The translations under genes and the position numbers were made by a program. 64,000 bases of DNA, from NCBI RefSeq assembly GCF_030144855.1, contig NC_082728.1, positions 38,812,001-38,876,000 of the forward strand. Reading direction: 5' to 3'. Position 1 is the first letter of the stretch; each line of letters starts with the position of its first letter. Shown here piece by piece: positions 37,611 through 50,880 of the stretch. The notes under the pieces were generated by a model that was not told where the DNA came from, ran no database searches, and saw only the letters and a program-made list of their open reading frames with translations. The DNA comes from Hypanus sabinus (taxonomy: Eukaryota).

Positions 37611-38729
37611 AAAAACCTGATGAACACTGCCCAATGTGATCTGTCACTTTAAGGAAAGGTGTGGTTAAAAAAAATAGGCACTAATTGCATCTGTGTGATT
37701 GTCATATCACTATGTTGAATACTTTTGAAATTTAACTACCTATCATAATCATTACCGTTTTCGGCCTCAGTCTTCATGTGCTGCTCATGTTGTGTTCCTG
37801 CAAAGCTGCAAATGTACCCCGGCCGCACAACAATGCTCGAAGCTTTCTGGAAAGAATTATGCTCCACTTTGGAGATAAGTCCATTGAAAACTTAACTTGT
37901 AATCTTAAAATTCCTTTTACTGAAAATAACACAAGACTTTTGCAAGTACTGGAGAATAAACTTAAGGGAAACATTCCCGTTTAATATTTCCAGTCTGACT
38001 GAAATCAGAACCAAAACTAGCCTCTTATAAATGTAACCAAGACCGTTATGCTTTATCAGACTGAAATGAGTGATTCAAACAAAAATTGCTGAGGTTTGGC
38101 CATTAAAGCATGTGACTTACTAACCAAGGACATTAAAATTTCTCTTTATCTAAGTACCTTATTGCACAGATGGGTTGATAAAAAAAATCCCTCTCAAAAG
38201 TTTAAATAACTCAACTATTCACTTGGGTTCTTTGGCCTGCAGACAGTTAGGCTGGAAAGGTTTACTGGCTTAAAACCAAACACCTTGACTTACACTGGTT
38301 CTAACTATACAAAGGTACTGTAACCTGCTGATCTGGGGTTTCAGAATGTGTGGCCATTCTACAACAGTTACATACATCATTTTGTAGTTTGCACAGTAGG
38401 TTAAAGATCATTTTTCTTTTATTGTCTCCTTAAGTTTACAATAAAAAGAAATCCATCTCCAGAACATAAGTTACTTTTCACATAAATGATGCCATATAAA
38501 AAAATCACTGTCCAACTATTTTGTCACCCTGTTAGATATGATCAGGATCACTGCACAGGGGACCTGTGCCCATAATTGCCAGGTATGGTTCAAACCTGAA
38601 ATCCCGTCTGTCCGCTAATTGCAGCAATTAATCACTGTCAACGTGGGGCTTAATGCCCATTACCAGGTCAGCATTCGAATTGATAAACGGAACCAATGCT
38701 GAACGAAGTCATGATTGGACCTCAGAGTG

Positions 38730-38992
38730 ATAGATACAGCATGGAAACGGGTCTTTCATCCTACCCAATCCATGCCAACCATCAACCACCATTAACCAGT
38801 TACCCTCCACTAATGGTACAATAATCCCATCTTCTATTCTTCCCACATTGTCATCAGTCTCCACCTACCCCCACATGCCCCCATCACCCCAGATTCTATT
38901 ACTCATGTACATATTAGCAACAAATTACAGTAGCCTGATGACCTACCAATCTGCAGGTCTTCATGATCTGGGAGGAAACCAGAGCACCCAGT
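38730..38992 (-). mobile_element. SINE with CR1-type 3' tail (HE1-like)
   Basis: acagcatggaaacgggtcttt...tccatgccaaccatc...tgggaggaaaccagagcaccca. Confidence 0.6.
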
Positions 38993-39490
38993 TCAAAAGG
39001 GATATTCGAGGGATGATTTTTTTTCCCCCTACAGATAGTGATGAGTGCCTGGAATGCATTGCCAAGGGTAGTGACGATACAACAGAGGCATTTAAAATGC
39101 TCACAGGCACATGGAGAGATAGGGACCATGCACCGGCAGAAAGGATTGGTTTCAATAGGCGTAATTTGCCTGATTGTTTTGGCACATCATTGTGGGCTGA
39201 CGGGCCTGTTCCTACCCTCGTCGATGTTCTGAAAACTCGCTAGGTTCCACTTCTTCTGCTACTTTAATGCCACCAGCTCCCTGTTTCCTGCTCCTCTTTT
39301 AAACTAATTGAGGTTCTGTTTCCCACATTCTCTACCATCCAGGCCATGCTCTTTCTCACTGCTGCCATTAGGAAGGAGGTACAGGAGTCTTAGGTCCCAT
39401 ACCACCAGGTTCAGGACAGTTATTACCCTTCAACCATCAGGCTCCTCACCCAGCAGGGAAACCTCACTCACCTCAACTCTGAACAAAGTT
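38993..39490 (+). mobile_element. CR1 3' fragment (38993-39230) followed by a Rex1 3' fragment (39335-39490)
   Basis: AWNALP motif with a tgtgggctgacgggcctgtt tail; then ccaggccatgctctttctcactgctgccattaggaaggaggtacaggag. Confidence 0.75.
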
Positions 39491-39864
39491 CTGTTTCCCA
39501 CTATCTATTTCAATTTAAACATTTAATAAACTACTATATATTTATTTACTTACTTACTTACTATATAAGATGTTAAATGAAATGAATGCAAGTGTTTAGA
39601 GTTGTTGAATTTAAGTAGCATTCAGTATTCCAGAAAATTTGCTGTGCTTGCATCACCAAAGCATTGAGGGTGTTAGATTATTGGATTTCTACTGATGAGG
39701 TTTTAGGTTTCCCTTTATTCTAGATGACCCGCAGTATTGCTGGCTGAATGTCCTGAAGAAAATGAAGTGAGTTGCAAGCAGCCCTCGCCACAGCTCGGAA
39801 AAATTCTGCACTCTCCAGCTCCACTGAATACAGTTGTGTCTCCTTTCAACTCAAGCACTCCGAA

Positions 39865-42046
39865 CAGAGGACAGGAAAACTTTTAATTTGGGAAGGGCAA
39901 ATTATGAGGCTATAAGGCTAGAACTTGCGGGTGTGAATTGGGATGACGTGCTTGCAGGGAAAAGTACTATGGACATGTGGTCGATGTTTAAGGATCTCTT
40001 GCAGGATGTTAGGGATAAATTTGCCCAGTGAGGAAGATAAAGAATGGTAGGGTGAAGGAAGCATGGGTGACAAGTGAAGTGGAAAATCTAGTCAGGTGGA
40101 AGAAGGCAGCATACATGAGGTTTAGGAAGCAAGGATCAGATGGGTCTATTGAGTAATATAGGGTAGCAAGAAAGGAGCTTAAGAAGGGGCTGAGAAGAGC
40201 AAGAAGGAGGCATGAGAAGGCCTTGGCGAGTAGGGTAAAGGAAAACCCCAAGGCATTCTTCAATTATGTGAAGAACAAAAGGATGACAGGAGTGAAGGTA
40301 GGACCTATTAGAGATAAAAGTGGGAAGATGTGCCTGGAGGCTGTGGAAGTGAGCGAGGTCCTCAATGAATACTTCTCTTCGGTATTCACCACTGAGAGGG
40401 AACTTGAAGACAGTGAGGACAATATGAGTGAGGTTGATGTTCTGGAGCATGTTGGTATTAAGGAGAGGAGATGTTGGAGTTATTAAAATACATTAGGACG
40501 GATAAGTCCCCGGGGCCTGACGGAATATTCCCCAGACTGCTCCATGAGGTGAGGGAAGAGATTGCTGAACCTCTGGCTAGGATCTTTATGTCCTCGTTGT
40601 CCACGGGAATGGTACCGGGTGATTGGAGGGAGGCGAATGTGGTCCCCTTGTTCAAAAAAGGTAGTAGGGATAGTCCAGGTAATTATAGACCAGTGAGCCT
40701 TACGTCTGTGGTGGGAAAGCTGTTGGAAAAGATTCTTAGAGATAGGATCTAATGGCATTTAGAGGATCATGGTCTGATCAGGGACAGTCAGCATGGCTTT
40801 GTACAGGGCAGATCATGCCTAACAAGCCTGATAGAGTTCTTTGAGGAGCCAACCAGGCATATAGATGAGGGTAGTGCAGTGGATGTGACCTACATGGATT
40901 TTAGTAAGGCATTTGACAAGGTTCCACACTGTAAGCTTATTCAGAAAGTCAGAAGGCATGGGATCCAGGGAAGTCTGGCCAGGTGGATTCAGAATTGGCT
41001 TGCCTGCAGCAGACAGAGGGTCGTGGTGGAGGGAGTACATTCAGATTGGAGGGTTGTGACTAGTGGTGTCCCACAAGGATCTGTTCTGGGACCTCTACTT
41101 TTTGTGATTTTTCTTAACGACCTGAATGTGGGGGTAGAAGGGTGGCAAGTTTGCAGACGACTCAAAAGTTGGTGGTGTTGTAGATAGTGTAGAAGATTGT
41201 CCAAGATTGCAGAGAGACATTGATAGGATGCAGAAGTGGGCTGAGAAGTGGCAGATGGAGTTCAACCCAGAGAAGTGTGAGGTGGTACACTTTGGAAAGA
41301 CAAACTCCAAGGCAGTGTACAAAGTAAATGGCAGGATACTTGGTAGTGTGGAGGAGCAGAGGGATCTGGGGGTACACGTCCACAGATCCCTGAAAGTTGC
41401 CTCACAGGTAGATAGGGTAGTTAGGAAAGCTTATGGGGTGTTAGCTTTCATAAGTCGAAGGATAGAGTTTAAGAGACGCGATATAATGATGCAGCTGTAT
41501 AAAACTCCAGTTAGGCCACACTTGGAGTAGTGTGTATAGTTCTGGTTGCCTCAGTATAGGGAGGATGTGGAAGCATTGGAAAGGGTACAGAGGAGATTTA
41601 CCAGGATGCTGCCTGGTTTAGAGAATATGGATTACGATCAGAGATTAAGGGAGCTAGGGCTTTACTCTTTGGAGAGAAGGAGGATGAGAGGAGAAATGAT
41701 ATAGGTGTACAAGATATTAAGAGGAATAGACAGAGTGGACAGCCAGCACCTCTTTCCCAGGGCACCACTGCTCAGTTCAAGAGGACATGGCTTTAAGGTA
41801 AGGGGAGGGAAGTTCAATGGGGATATTAGAGGAAGGTTTTTCACTCAGAGAATGATTGGTGCCTGGAATGCACTGCCTGAGTCAGTGGTGGAGGCAGATA
41901 CACTGGTAAAGTTGAAGAGGCTACCAGACAGGTATATGGAGGAATTTAAGGTGGGGGGTTATATGGGAGACATGGTTTGAGGGTCAGCACAACATTGTGG
42001 GCCGAAGGGCCTGTAATGTGCTGTACTATTCTATGTTCTATGTTCC
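39865..42046 (+). mobile_element. CR1 (HER1-like) LINE, 5'-truncated and relatively well preserved
   Basis: [76 protein letters not shown]; tail gggccgaagggcctgt...ctatgttctatgttc. Confidence 0.95.
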
Positions 42047-42457
42047 TTGAAAGCACAAAGTTTACCAATCCCTTTAAAGAGCTGAGGTGGTGATGGTGTC
42101 GCCACCTGCTGGACTTATTGAGACTGAGGCGCACATTATGTTGTCCAATGTCAAATCAACATTTCACCTCAACTAATTTCACACTTGTGTACTCTTACAC
42201 ATTTGGATTATGTACAGAGAATGCACGAAGGAGGACATGATTGCTGCTCAGCACAGACTATACTATGTTGATGTAATTATGGATCAAGGGCAAGATGTTG
42301 TTTCTCTCTGGACCCTAGATGCAGAAGGAAATGATGTTCTGAAATTCTTTTCAAACATTGTTCCATTCTACCAATAGGTTTAACAATTGATTTTTAAACT
42401 AAAAACTAAATCATAAATCAATTTGTAATGAACCTCCCTCAACTGAAAATACATTTA

Positions 42458-44016
42458 CAGTGCCTATAAAAAGTAGTCATCCCCCTCCCCCTTGGAAATT
42501 TTCATATTTAATTGTTTTACAACATTGAATCATAGTGGATTTAATCTGGCTTCTTTGACACTGATCAACAGAAAAAGATTCTTTCATATCAAAGTGAAAA
42601 CAGATCTCTACAAAGTGATCTAAGTAAATCACAAATATAAAACACAAAATAATTGATTGCACAGTTATTCACCACCTTTAATATGACACACCAAATCCTC
42701 ACTGGTGCAGCCAATTGGGTTTAGAAGTCACATAATTAGTTAAATGGAGATCACCTGTGTGGAGTCAAGGTGTTTCAATTGATTGTAGTGAAAACACACC
42801 TGTATCTGGAAGGTCCAACATCCTGACAAAAACTGTACTGTGAAGACAAAGGAACACTCCAAGCAACTCTGAAAAAAGGATATTGAAGAGTCCAAGTCAG
42901 GATATGGAGACAAGAAAATTTCCAAGTCAGTAAATATATTCTGAAAGTATAGTTAAGTCAAACATCAAGAAATGGAAAGAATATGACACAGCTGTAAATC
43001 TGCCTAGAGCAGGCCATCCTCAGAAAGTGAGTGATTGTGCAAGAAGAGGATGAGTGACAGAGGCTACTAAGATACCTATGACAACTCAGGAGGAGTTACA
43101 AGCTTCAGTGGCTGAGATGGGAGAGAATGCACATACAACAACTGTTGCCCGGGTGCTTCACCAGTTGCAGCTTTATGGGAGAGTGGCAAAGAGAAAGCCA
43201 CTGTTGAAAAAAACTCATATGAAATCTGGCTGGAGTTTGCTAGAAGGCATATGGGAGACTCTGAAGTCTGCTGTTAGAAATTTCTATGACCTGATGAAAC
43301 CAAAATCAAGCTTTTTGGCCATTGGACTAAATGCTATGTCTGGTATAAGCCAAGCACTACATATCAAAAGCACACCTTCCCTACCATGAAGCATGGTGGT
43401 GGCTGCATCATGCTGTGGGGATGCTTCACCACTGTAGGAAGGCTTGTGAAGATAGAGGGAAAAATTAATGCAGCAAAATACAGGGAAAGCCTGCAAGAGA
43501 ACTGTGACTTGGGAGAAGATTTGTTTTCCAGCAAGACAATGACCCAAGCATAGAGACAAAGCTGCACAGGAATGGCTTAAAAACAACAAAGGTGATGTCC
43601 TGGAGTGGCCATCAGAGTCTAGACCTTAATCCAATTGAGAATTTGTGGCTGGACTTGAAAAGGGCTGTTCACTCATGATCCCCATGCAATCTGACAGAGC
43701 TTGAACAGTTTTGTAAAGAAGGATGGGGGAAAATTGCAGAATCCAGATGTGCAAACCTGGTTGAGACCTGTCGACACAGGCTCAATGCTGTAACTGCTGC
43801 CAAAGGTGCTTCTATAACATACTGACTTGAAGGGAGTGTATACTCAGTTATTCTGTGTTTTATTTTTGTAATTATTTTGGATCACTTTGTGGAGATTTAT
43901 TTTCACTTTGACACAAAAGAGTCATTTTCTGTTGATCAATGTCAAAAAAGCCAAATTAAATCCATTGTGATTCAATGTTGTAAAACAATAAAACATGAAA
44001 ATTTCCAAGGGGGTTG
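42458..44016 (+). mobile_element. Tc1-family DNA transposon, near full length, with decayed DD34E transposase (about 42838-43830)
   Basis: TA+cagtgcctataaaaagta start; long TIRs (about 42490-42660 vs 43850-44012); DETKI (about 43290), TMKHGGGCIMLWGCF, FQQDNDPKH (about 43526) and LDLNPIENLW (about 43620) motifs; the outermost right TIR is lost. Confidence 0.92.
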
Positions 44017-44610
44017 CATATGTTTTCTTTGCACAGGGTTCTTCTGTCTTAGGTAACACCTATTCCTCTAGGAATTCATTGTCTTCTTGTGGAAAGATCT
44101 GGCACAAAGCCTTTCTACACAGATGTCAAATGATCCATAGTGCAAGACACCAAAGGACAGAGTTTTAATTTTTTCAGACTGTTTATTAGACTGAGCAAAT
44201 CATATGGAGTGAACAGTGTTGCTTCTGCAGTGATAGAGCAAATATCATCTGTAAGGCATAAATGGAATTTATTTGTTTACTAATAATTAAAGTAGAAACA
44301 GAACAGGTGTCAATGATTTTCAATATATTAGGAGTACACTGATCAAAGTGAGAATACTGTTAATACTGTTGATTTTGTTCCAAGAAATCTACAAACATGA
44401 ATATATTCTCATTCTGAGCCTTCAACTCTAACTCATCCTGTGAACATTCATCAATCATTCTTGTGTCTCCAGAATGAGTAACACATTAGTAGCAGAGTTC
44501 TTTTGCTCACGCTCAGATCTCTCCATGTAGTTGCCTCTCTCTTCCACTGTAGCCTATAGTTGTTTTTCTCCATCTAGAGGTTTGATTCAACTTTCACTCT
44601 TAAATTACGT

Positions 44611-44857
44611 AAACATGAGGAAATCTGCAGATGCTGGAAATTCAAGCAACACACACAAAATGCTGGTGGAACGCAGCAGGCCAGGCAACATCTGTAGGAA
44701 GAAGCACTGTCGACATTTCGGGCCGAGACCCTTCGTCAGGACTAACGAATGTCCAGTTAGTCCTGACGAAGGGTCTCCACCTGAAACATTGACTGCACTT
44801 CTTCCTACAGATGCTGCCTGGCCTGCTGCGTTCCACCAGCATTTTGTGTGTATTGCT
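44611..44857. mobile_element. Penelope-derived palindromic element with two opposed hammerhead motifs
   Basis: Arms 44645-44746 and 44756-44857 are reverse complements around a 9-nt spacer; each carries agtc-CTGACGA-aggg...-GAAA-Y.T(C/T)-gac. Confidence 0.88.
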
Positions 44858-45029
44858 GCACTCTTACATTATCAGTTTAACTCAGAGAGTGGCACATTAA
44901 AGACAATAAGTAAAATGATGTCTAAGGCAAGCAATGCAATAAAAGAACATCAAACGTTTTTGATTTTCCAGCATACTTATCACTCTGTCCACAGCAATGT
45001 TCCCTGTTTACCTTCTGTACCTCCCTCAA

Positions 45030-45436
45030 TCACAGGACTCTGCAGAGAGTGGTGCAGACAGCCCAGCGCATCTGTAGATTTGAACTTCCCACGATTCAGA
45101 AAACCTACAAAGACAGGTGCATAAAAAGGGCCCGATGGATCACTGGGGACCCAGGTCACCCCAACCACAAACTGTTCCAGCAGCTACTATCTGAGAAACA
45201 GTACCGCAGCATAAAAGGCAGGACCCTCAGGCTCCAGGATAGCTTCTTCCACCAAGCCATCAGACTGCTTAATTCATGCTGGCACAACTGTACTTCCATG
45301 TTATATTGACTATCCTGTTGTACCTACTACTTATTATAAGTTACTATAAATTGCACATTTAGACAGAGACATAACGTAAAGTTTTTACTCATGTACGTAT
45401 ATGAAGGATGTAAGTAACAAAGTCAATTCAATTCAA
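45030..45436 (+). mobile_element. Rex1-type LINE 3' fragment
   Basis: LQRVVQTAQRI...ITGDPGHPNHKLFQQL...LQDSFFHQAIRLLN; tail caattcaattcaa. Confidence 0.85.
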
Positions 45437-47315
45437 TGTTTAAAACATATGCCACCAAACTATGAAATATTTGAAATGTAATTAAACATTTAACTGTTTC
45501 AGAAACTGTGTTTCCTAATAATAATAATAACTACATAAGTCAATGTTGGTCTTGGATCATGCAGAATATTTTTATTCTTTAAATGGTCTGGTTTTACTTA
45601 AGCATCAAGGCAAAACCCTGTTAAGTAGGACCTCTGAGTATATTTTTCACTTGTGGTTCTAATTTCAATGACCAGTGCCAAGTTCTGCCAATTGACCTTA
45701 ATTGCCCCTGCCAACCTTTATGTATATTACGTAGCCATCAATCAGTTTTGGCAATGTATACCCAATAGTACTCAGCATAATGTTTACCCCCAACCTGCCC
45801 ACATTCATCAGCTGGCATAGCCATTATTGACAACTGGTTCCCAAATTACTCACTTCTCATAAGTTAGAAACAGTTCACAAAAGTTTGGGTGAATTCTAAC
45901 ATGAAAGGTAAGCAGAAAGCAAGCAGGTGATTAACGTAAACTACAGGATAACATGTTTTGTGTCAGGAAACACTTAATTCTTGGCAGATATAAGCAGTTG
46001 AAAAGGTATTTCCAATCATGTAAATTATCTCTAACTAATAGACTTCACACTACAGGTGAAGATTGTTATATGATAAACTTCTTTTTAAGTTACTTTTAAA
46101 CAGATCATTTTAGCCAGGCACAGTTCTTTAAATGGATCATAAAACTGAACTCTTTCACTCTGGTACCCTAAATAACACGAATAGCAGATTTAATTATAAA
46201 CAGGGGATATAAAAATCGCGACTGATGCTGTTAATTAGGGGGCAGCTGGAAGCAATTGTTTACTCGTCATTTTTTGTTTTAGTTATTACCTTTTCCTTGC
46301 ATTCTGCACATGGTTATAAACTCACTACACTTGAACACCATTAAATTTATTATACACCTTATGGGGATCAGAGCTGCAGCATGAATTCCCCAGGATTTTG
46401 GCTTCTTTGCTTAAAAACATCAGCCAGCTGGGAGACATCCACTGAAATTCTACAGTTACATTCTGTGCTCTGCTCTCTATACGCAATACTGTGAGGTCTG
46501 AGTTGCTTTTAAGAAGAATGTGCATTTAGGTGCATTTAGCTAGTAAAGATGGGGTCTTTAATAAAGTGTGTCTTTATTTTGTGCTAAAATAAAACCTTAG
46601 TTCATTTATCCCCTCTCTGTCCTCTGCCTGGGTATAATTGAGATTTTGGTTGTGTCTGTACCTTTATATCTATGATGCTGCTCTACATTTTTCATTGTAC
46701 CCCACCATTCATTCAACATGACAATAAATTTACTTTGAACTTTGAACCCTGTGCACGTGACAATAAACTTGACTCAATTTCTCTTGAGTGCTGGTAGAGA
46801 GAACTTATAATAGGTAGGGCCTCTCCCTCACAAGTTTTGTCAGTGTGGAATATGCCAAGGAAATTTGACTTGCAGTAGAAGGAGCCTGGTCAATGAGGTG
46901 AGGGTTTTTGGGGGGTGGATGAAGACCAGAGAGCAAGGGAAAAGTTGGGCATTGTGCTGTTAAATAGAGAGGATTGCCTGTTGGGCAGCAATAATGGGGA
47001 GAGATGTGGAGGGGGAGTTGTCAGGGTGGTCATCAGCCTGTGACCATTGTCAGCTGGTACAGTCATCATTTGTTGGTTGCAGGTTAGTAATGACATGACT
47101 TGGGGCATGTCAGAGGGAGAGGTACAGCTTGATGGTCAAGATATTGGGTGCTGTCAGTGGGTGGGTGGAATTGTATACTATGAAGGTCACAAGCTTGCAG
47201 TTGTTGAGGGGATTGTTACAGTGCGGGGGTGCTTAATTAAAGGATTTTTTTTCGGTACTGGTTTGGGGCCTCCATGGAGAAGACTCCTTTATCCATCCAA
47301 TGACTGGTTTCATTG

Positions 47316-48020
47316 GCAACACACACAAAATGCTGGAGGAACTCAGCAGGCCAGGCAGCATCTGTGGAAGAAAGCAAACAGTCAGTGTTTCAGTCCAAAG
47401 CCCTTCATCAGGACTGGCCAAATGAGATGAGAAGTCAGAGTAAGATGGTGGGTAAGGGGAGAAATAAGTACAAGCTGGTAAGTGATAGGTGAAACCAGGA
47501 GAGGGGGAGGGGTGAAATAAAGAGCGCAGAAGTCCATTGATGAAAAAGATAAACGGCTGGAGAAAGGGGAACCTGATAGAAGACAGAAGGCCATGGAGAA
47601 GCACTGAGGGAGGTAATAGGCAGGCGAGGAGATAGGTCAGAGAGGGAAATGGGAATGGGGAACAGTGAAGGAGGGGAGTAATTACTAGAAAAGTAGTGCG
47701 GGTAGGAGATGTAGGGGCAGGTCTTCTCCTATCCCATTCCTCCTTCTCTAATTCTTTATCTCTTTCACTGTTTGATATCCCAGCTCCTTACTTCACCCCT
47801 CCTCGTTTCACTTGCCATCTACTATCTTTTACTTCTTCCTTCCTCACCATACCTTTTTACTCAGACTTCTTTATTTTTTTTTCCAGTCCTGATGAGGGAT
47901 TTTGGCCCGCATTGCCAACTGTTTACTCTTTTCCATAGATGCTGCCTGGCCTGCTGAGTTCCTCCAACATTTTATGTGTGTTGCTTTGATTTCCAGCATC
48001 TGCAGATCTTCTCTCGTTTG
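47316..48020. mobile_element. Inverted pair of Penelope-derived 3' ends
   Basis: Minus copy 47316-47690 and plus copy 47720-48020; each has a hammerhead-like core (sense agtcctgatgaagggctttggactgaaacac and agtcctgatgagggattttggcccg). Confidence 0.8.
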
Positions 48021-49274
48021 TGACGGATTCCATTAGCGGGTTGAAAATTTATTTCTGCAGATATGGCTCAACAGGTGACAAAAGTGTTGTTGGGCCCAAG
48101 TTTGACTGGGATCCCCTGTATCTTACAGAAGCAGGACGAATGCTGGTATAGAAATCACAGTTCTGTCACTACGTAATGTAATGTCTGTCGTTGACTCTAC
48201 AGACTTCCACACATCTCTCAATTGTCAGACTTTTAAATAATCAGTCACCAGTGGAAAATGTTGGAAATACACAGCAGGTTTAAAGGTTCAAAAATGTTCT
48301 AAGATTCATTTATTATCGAAGTAAGTATGTAGTATACAACTCTGAGATTCTTCTTCTCCAGATAGCCATGAAACAATGAAAAACGATGGAAATCAGATCA
48401 GGCAGCATCTGTGAAAAGAGAACAGAGTTAATGTTTCAATTCATCTAAAACATTGATTCTATTTCTTTATCTTTCTGAATATTCAAGTACCTACTGTTTT
48501 AATTTTAGATTTCAATAATTATTAGGATTTTTATTTAAATATTTTTCAGTTGTCTCCAGGGTTCTTAATGAAACCTTTATTATCTTGCTTCAATTGCCTC
48601 CTCCACTAATGTCACTTCCTTACCCTGTTGCAACAAATAGACATTCAAAATAAGAATTATGCAAAAAGTGATAGTAAATGCACTTATGTGAGAACCAACA
48701 AGGAACTTAAATACCCTAAACTACCAATCCCTGGGGTTCTGGAGATGTATGAAGGTGGTCAAAGGTTACCTGTAGTTAACTGATTAATTGTTCCCGTAAT
48801 AGAACCAGAACCATGACAATATTGGGCATCACCCTTTCACCTCATTGTCAGTTAAACTCCATATTGACTTCAGCCAGCACTATCAAGATAAAAGCAATAA
48901 ACCACAGCCCTGTTAGTCTGGCTCACCCATGATGGCCTGGTTTTAAATCTAGCTTTGAAAAAGGACACATGTGTTTTCTCACAGATATGTGTAACAACTA
49001 GTGGACGAGTTCTTCCACAACATTAAATCACTTATTGAAATGTATTGTGTCTGCAGCTTTTACCTGTCAGTGCTTTGCCTGGAATAGGAATGGCGATAAA
49101 AGATCTGCTGCAGAGGGCATTTGAACCTTGTCTGCAATTGCTTAGTCTTATCCTGATGTGAGACCATCCAATAGTCACAATTAGAACCCAGAGGAGAAAT
49201 CCAGTCCTCAATGTAGCTATGCTTCATGCAGTGAACATTACAAGGGAATAAAAAGATTACCATGGACAGAACCT

Positions 49275-49669
49275 GGAGGACTCACACCACCCGGTTCAGG
49301 AACAGGTATTAACCCCTCAGCCATCAGGCTCCTGAACCAAAGGGGATAATTTCACTCAGCTTCACCTGCCCCATTACTGAAATGTTCCCACAACCAATGC
49401 ATCCACTTTCAAGGGCTCCTTATCTCACGTTATTGATATTCATTGCTTATTTATTGATTACTATTATTTCTCTCTTTTTGTATTTGCAGTTTGTTGTCTT
49501 TTGCACACTGGTTGAAGGCTCAAATTGGTGTGCTTTTTCATTGATTCTGTTAGGGTTATTATTCTATAGAATTATTGAGTATGTTTGGAAGGAAATTAAT
49601 CTCAGGGTTGTATATGGTGACATATATGTGCTTTGCTGATAAATTTACTTTGAACTTTTTGAACTTTGA
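49275..49669 (+). mobile_element. Rex1-type LINE 3' end
   Basis: Close match to 1260-1642, including the tail gataaatttactttgaactttttgaactttga. Confidence 0.85.
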
Positions 49670-50880
49670 GATGCCATTAGTATAAGGGAAAAATAAAGAA
49701 TCTTAATAAATGAAGAAGGAAACTATTATGTTGCTTTCAATTAACTGCCAAACATTTGGGTATAATAACATGTTTATACTTTGTTACTGATTCTTGTTAA
49801 AAAGCAGCTGTAAAATTACAGTGCACTTTCACATATTACATGCACAACTGAAATTCATTTACATTTTGATGAAAACTTTCATTTAGCATCTTACCTTCCA
49901 TGTATATTTCTATGACATGTATCTAAAGTTAATCTAGGAAAAAAGAAACTGGCAAAATGCTATCTTATTTACCCAAAAACAAAGTCTCATTATCCATTTA
50001 AGACAGGGTTTACCCTTGGAATGTCATCAAACTGATGAGAACTTTTAGTTGCATAATCTTAAGCAGTTCTGTGTATTATTTAGATTTAAGACTTCTTTGC
50101 AGGTCTACTCAGATAAGCCTCAATACTCCAAGTCATTAATCTTCAGTAAGTACTATTTCTGGTTTAAGATTGCACAGGTGAATCTCAGTGGCTTCTGGGT
50201 GGTTGCTGATGAATCAAGGTAAACAACTAAATACTTTGTTAATCACTCTCTCTGGCAAACAATTATTGCAAGCAATAGTCTGTCACTTCACCTTGGACTT
50301 GGAGATGTTTGGACTGGTGTTGTTTGGGAGAGTGCGAGAGGGCGAGGAAAAGATTTGGTCTGTAGCATCCTTTTGTTCTGTTTTAAATTTTCAATGTAGC
50401 GGTTTATATAACCTTACAGGGGCTGCAAAGGATTTTTTTCTGGTCTATCCCTTGCTTTGGGCGACCAGTTTTTTCATCTTTGCATAAGCAGTGTACTAGC
50501 ACTCACGGAAAAAGAGGCACTTTGCGTGTTTTCAACAAGAAAGCTAGCCGATAATTAGACAGTGGTGAAGTTGTGGGCCGAATGAGGTGGGACCAAAGTC
50601 ACTTTGAGTTATAGTTTACCAGTGCAGAAAGTGAATTGATCAGAAAACGCAAATCTAGAAACTCCAGCAAAGTTTCAAGCACACGTTAGACATTAAGCGT
50701 TACCTGGTATATTGGGAGCAAAGCAGGGATAGTAGTATAAATAGTAGTTTACTTTTAAGAATTTAAATAAATACAATCACATAATCTTGAATAGTTCAGT
50801 AATTCTTCCCCCCCTAAAAGTATAATAATGCAGCCTCTGCAATGTGAGTCTTATTTGTTGAAAACAGACTACCAAGATTC

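Noticed and set aside
44531-45124. 197-aa ORF
   Set aside because: It reads through the PLE palindrome and a Rex1 fragment; it is a chance open frame with no protein-family motifs.
49060-49265. Possible LF-SINE-like relic on the minus strand
   Set aside because: The similarity is too weak to assert by eye.
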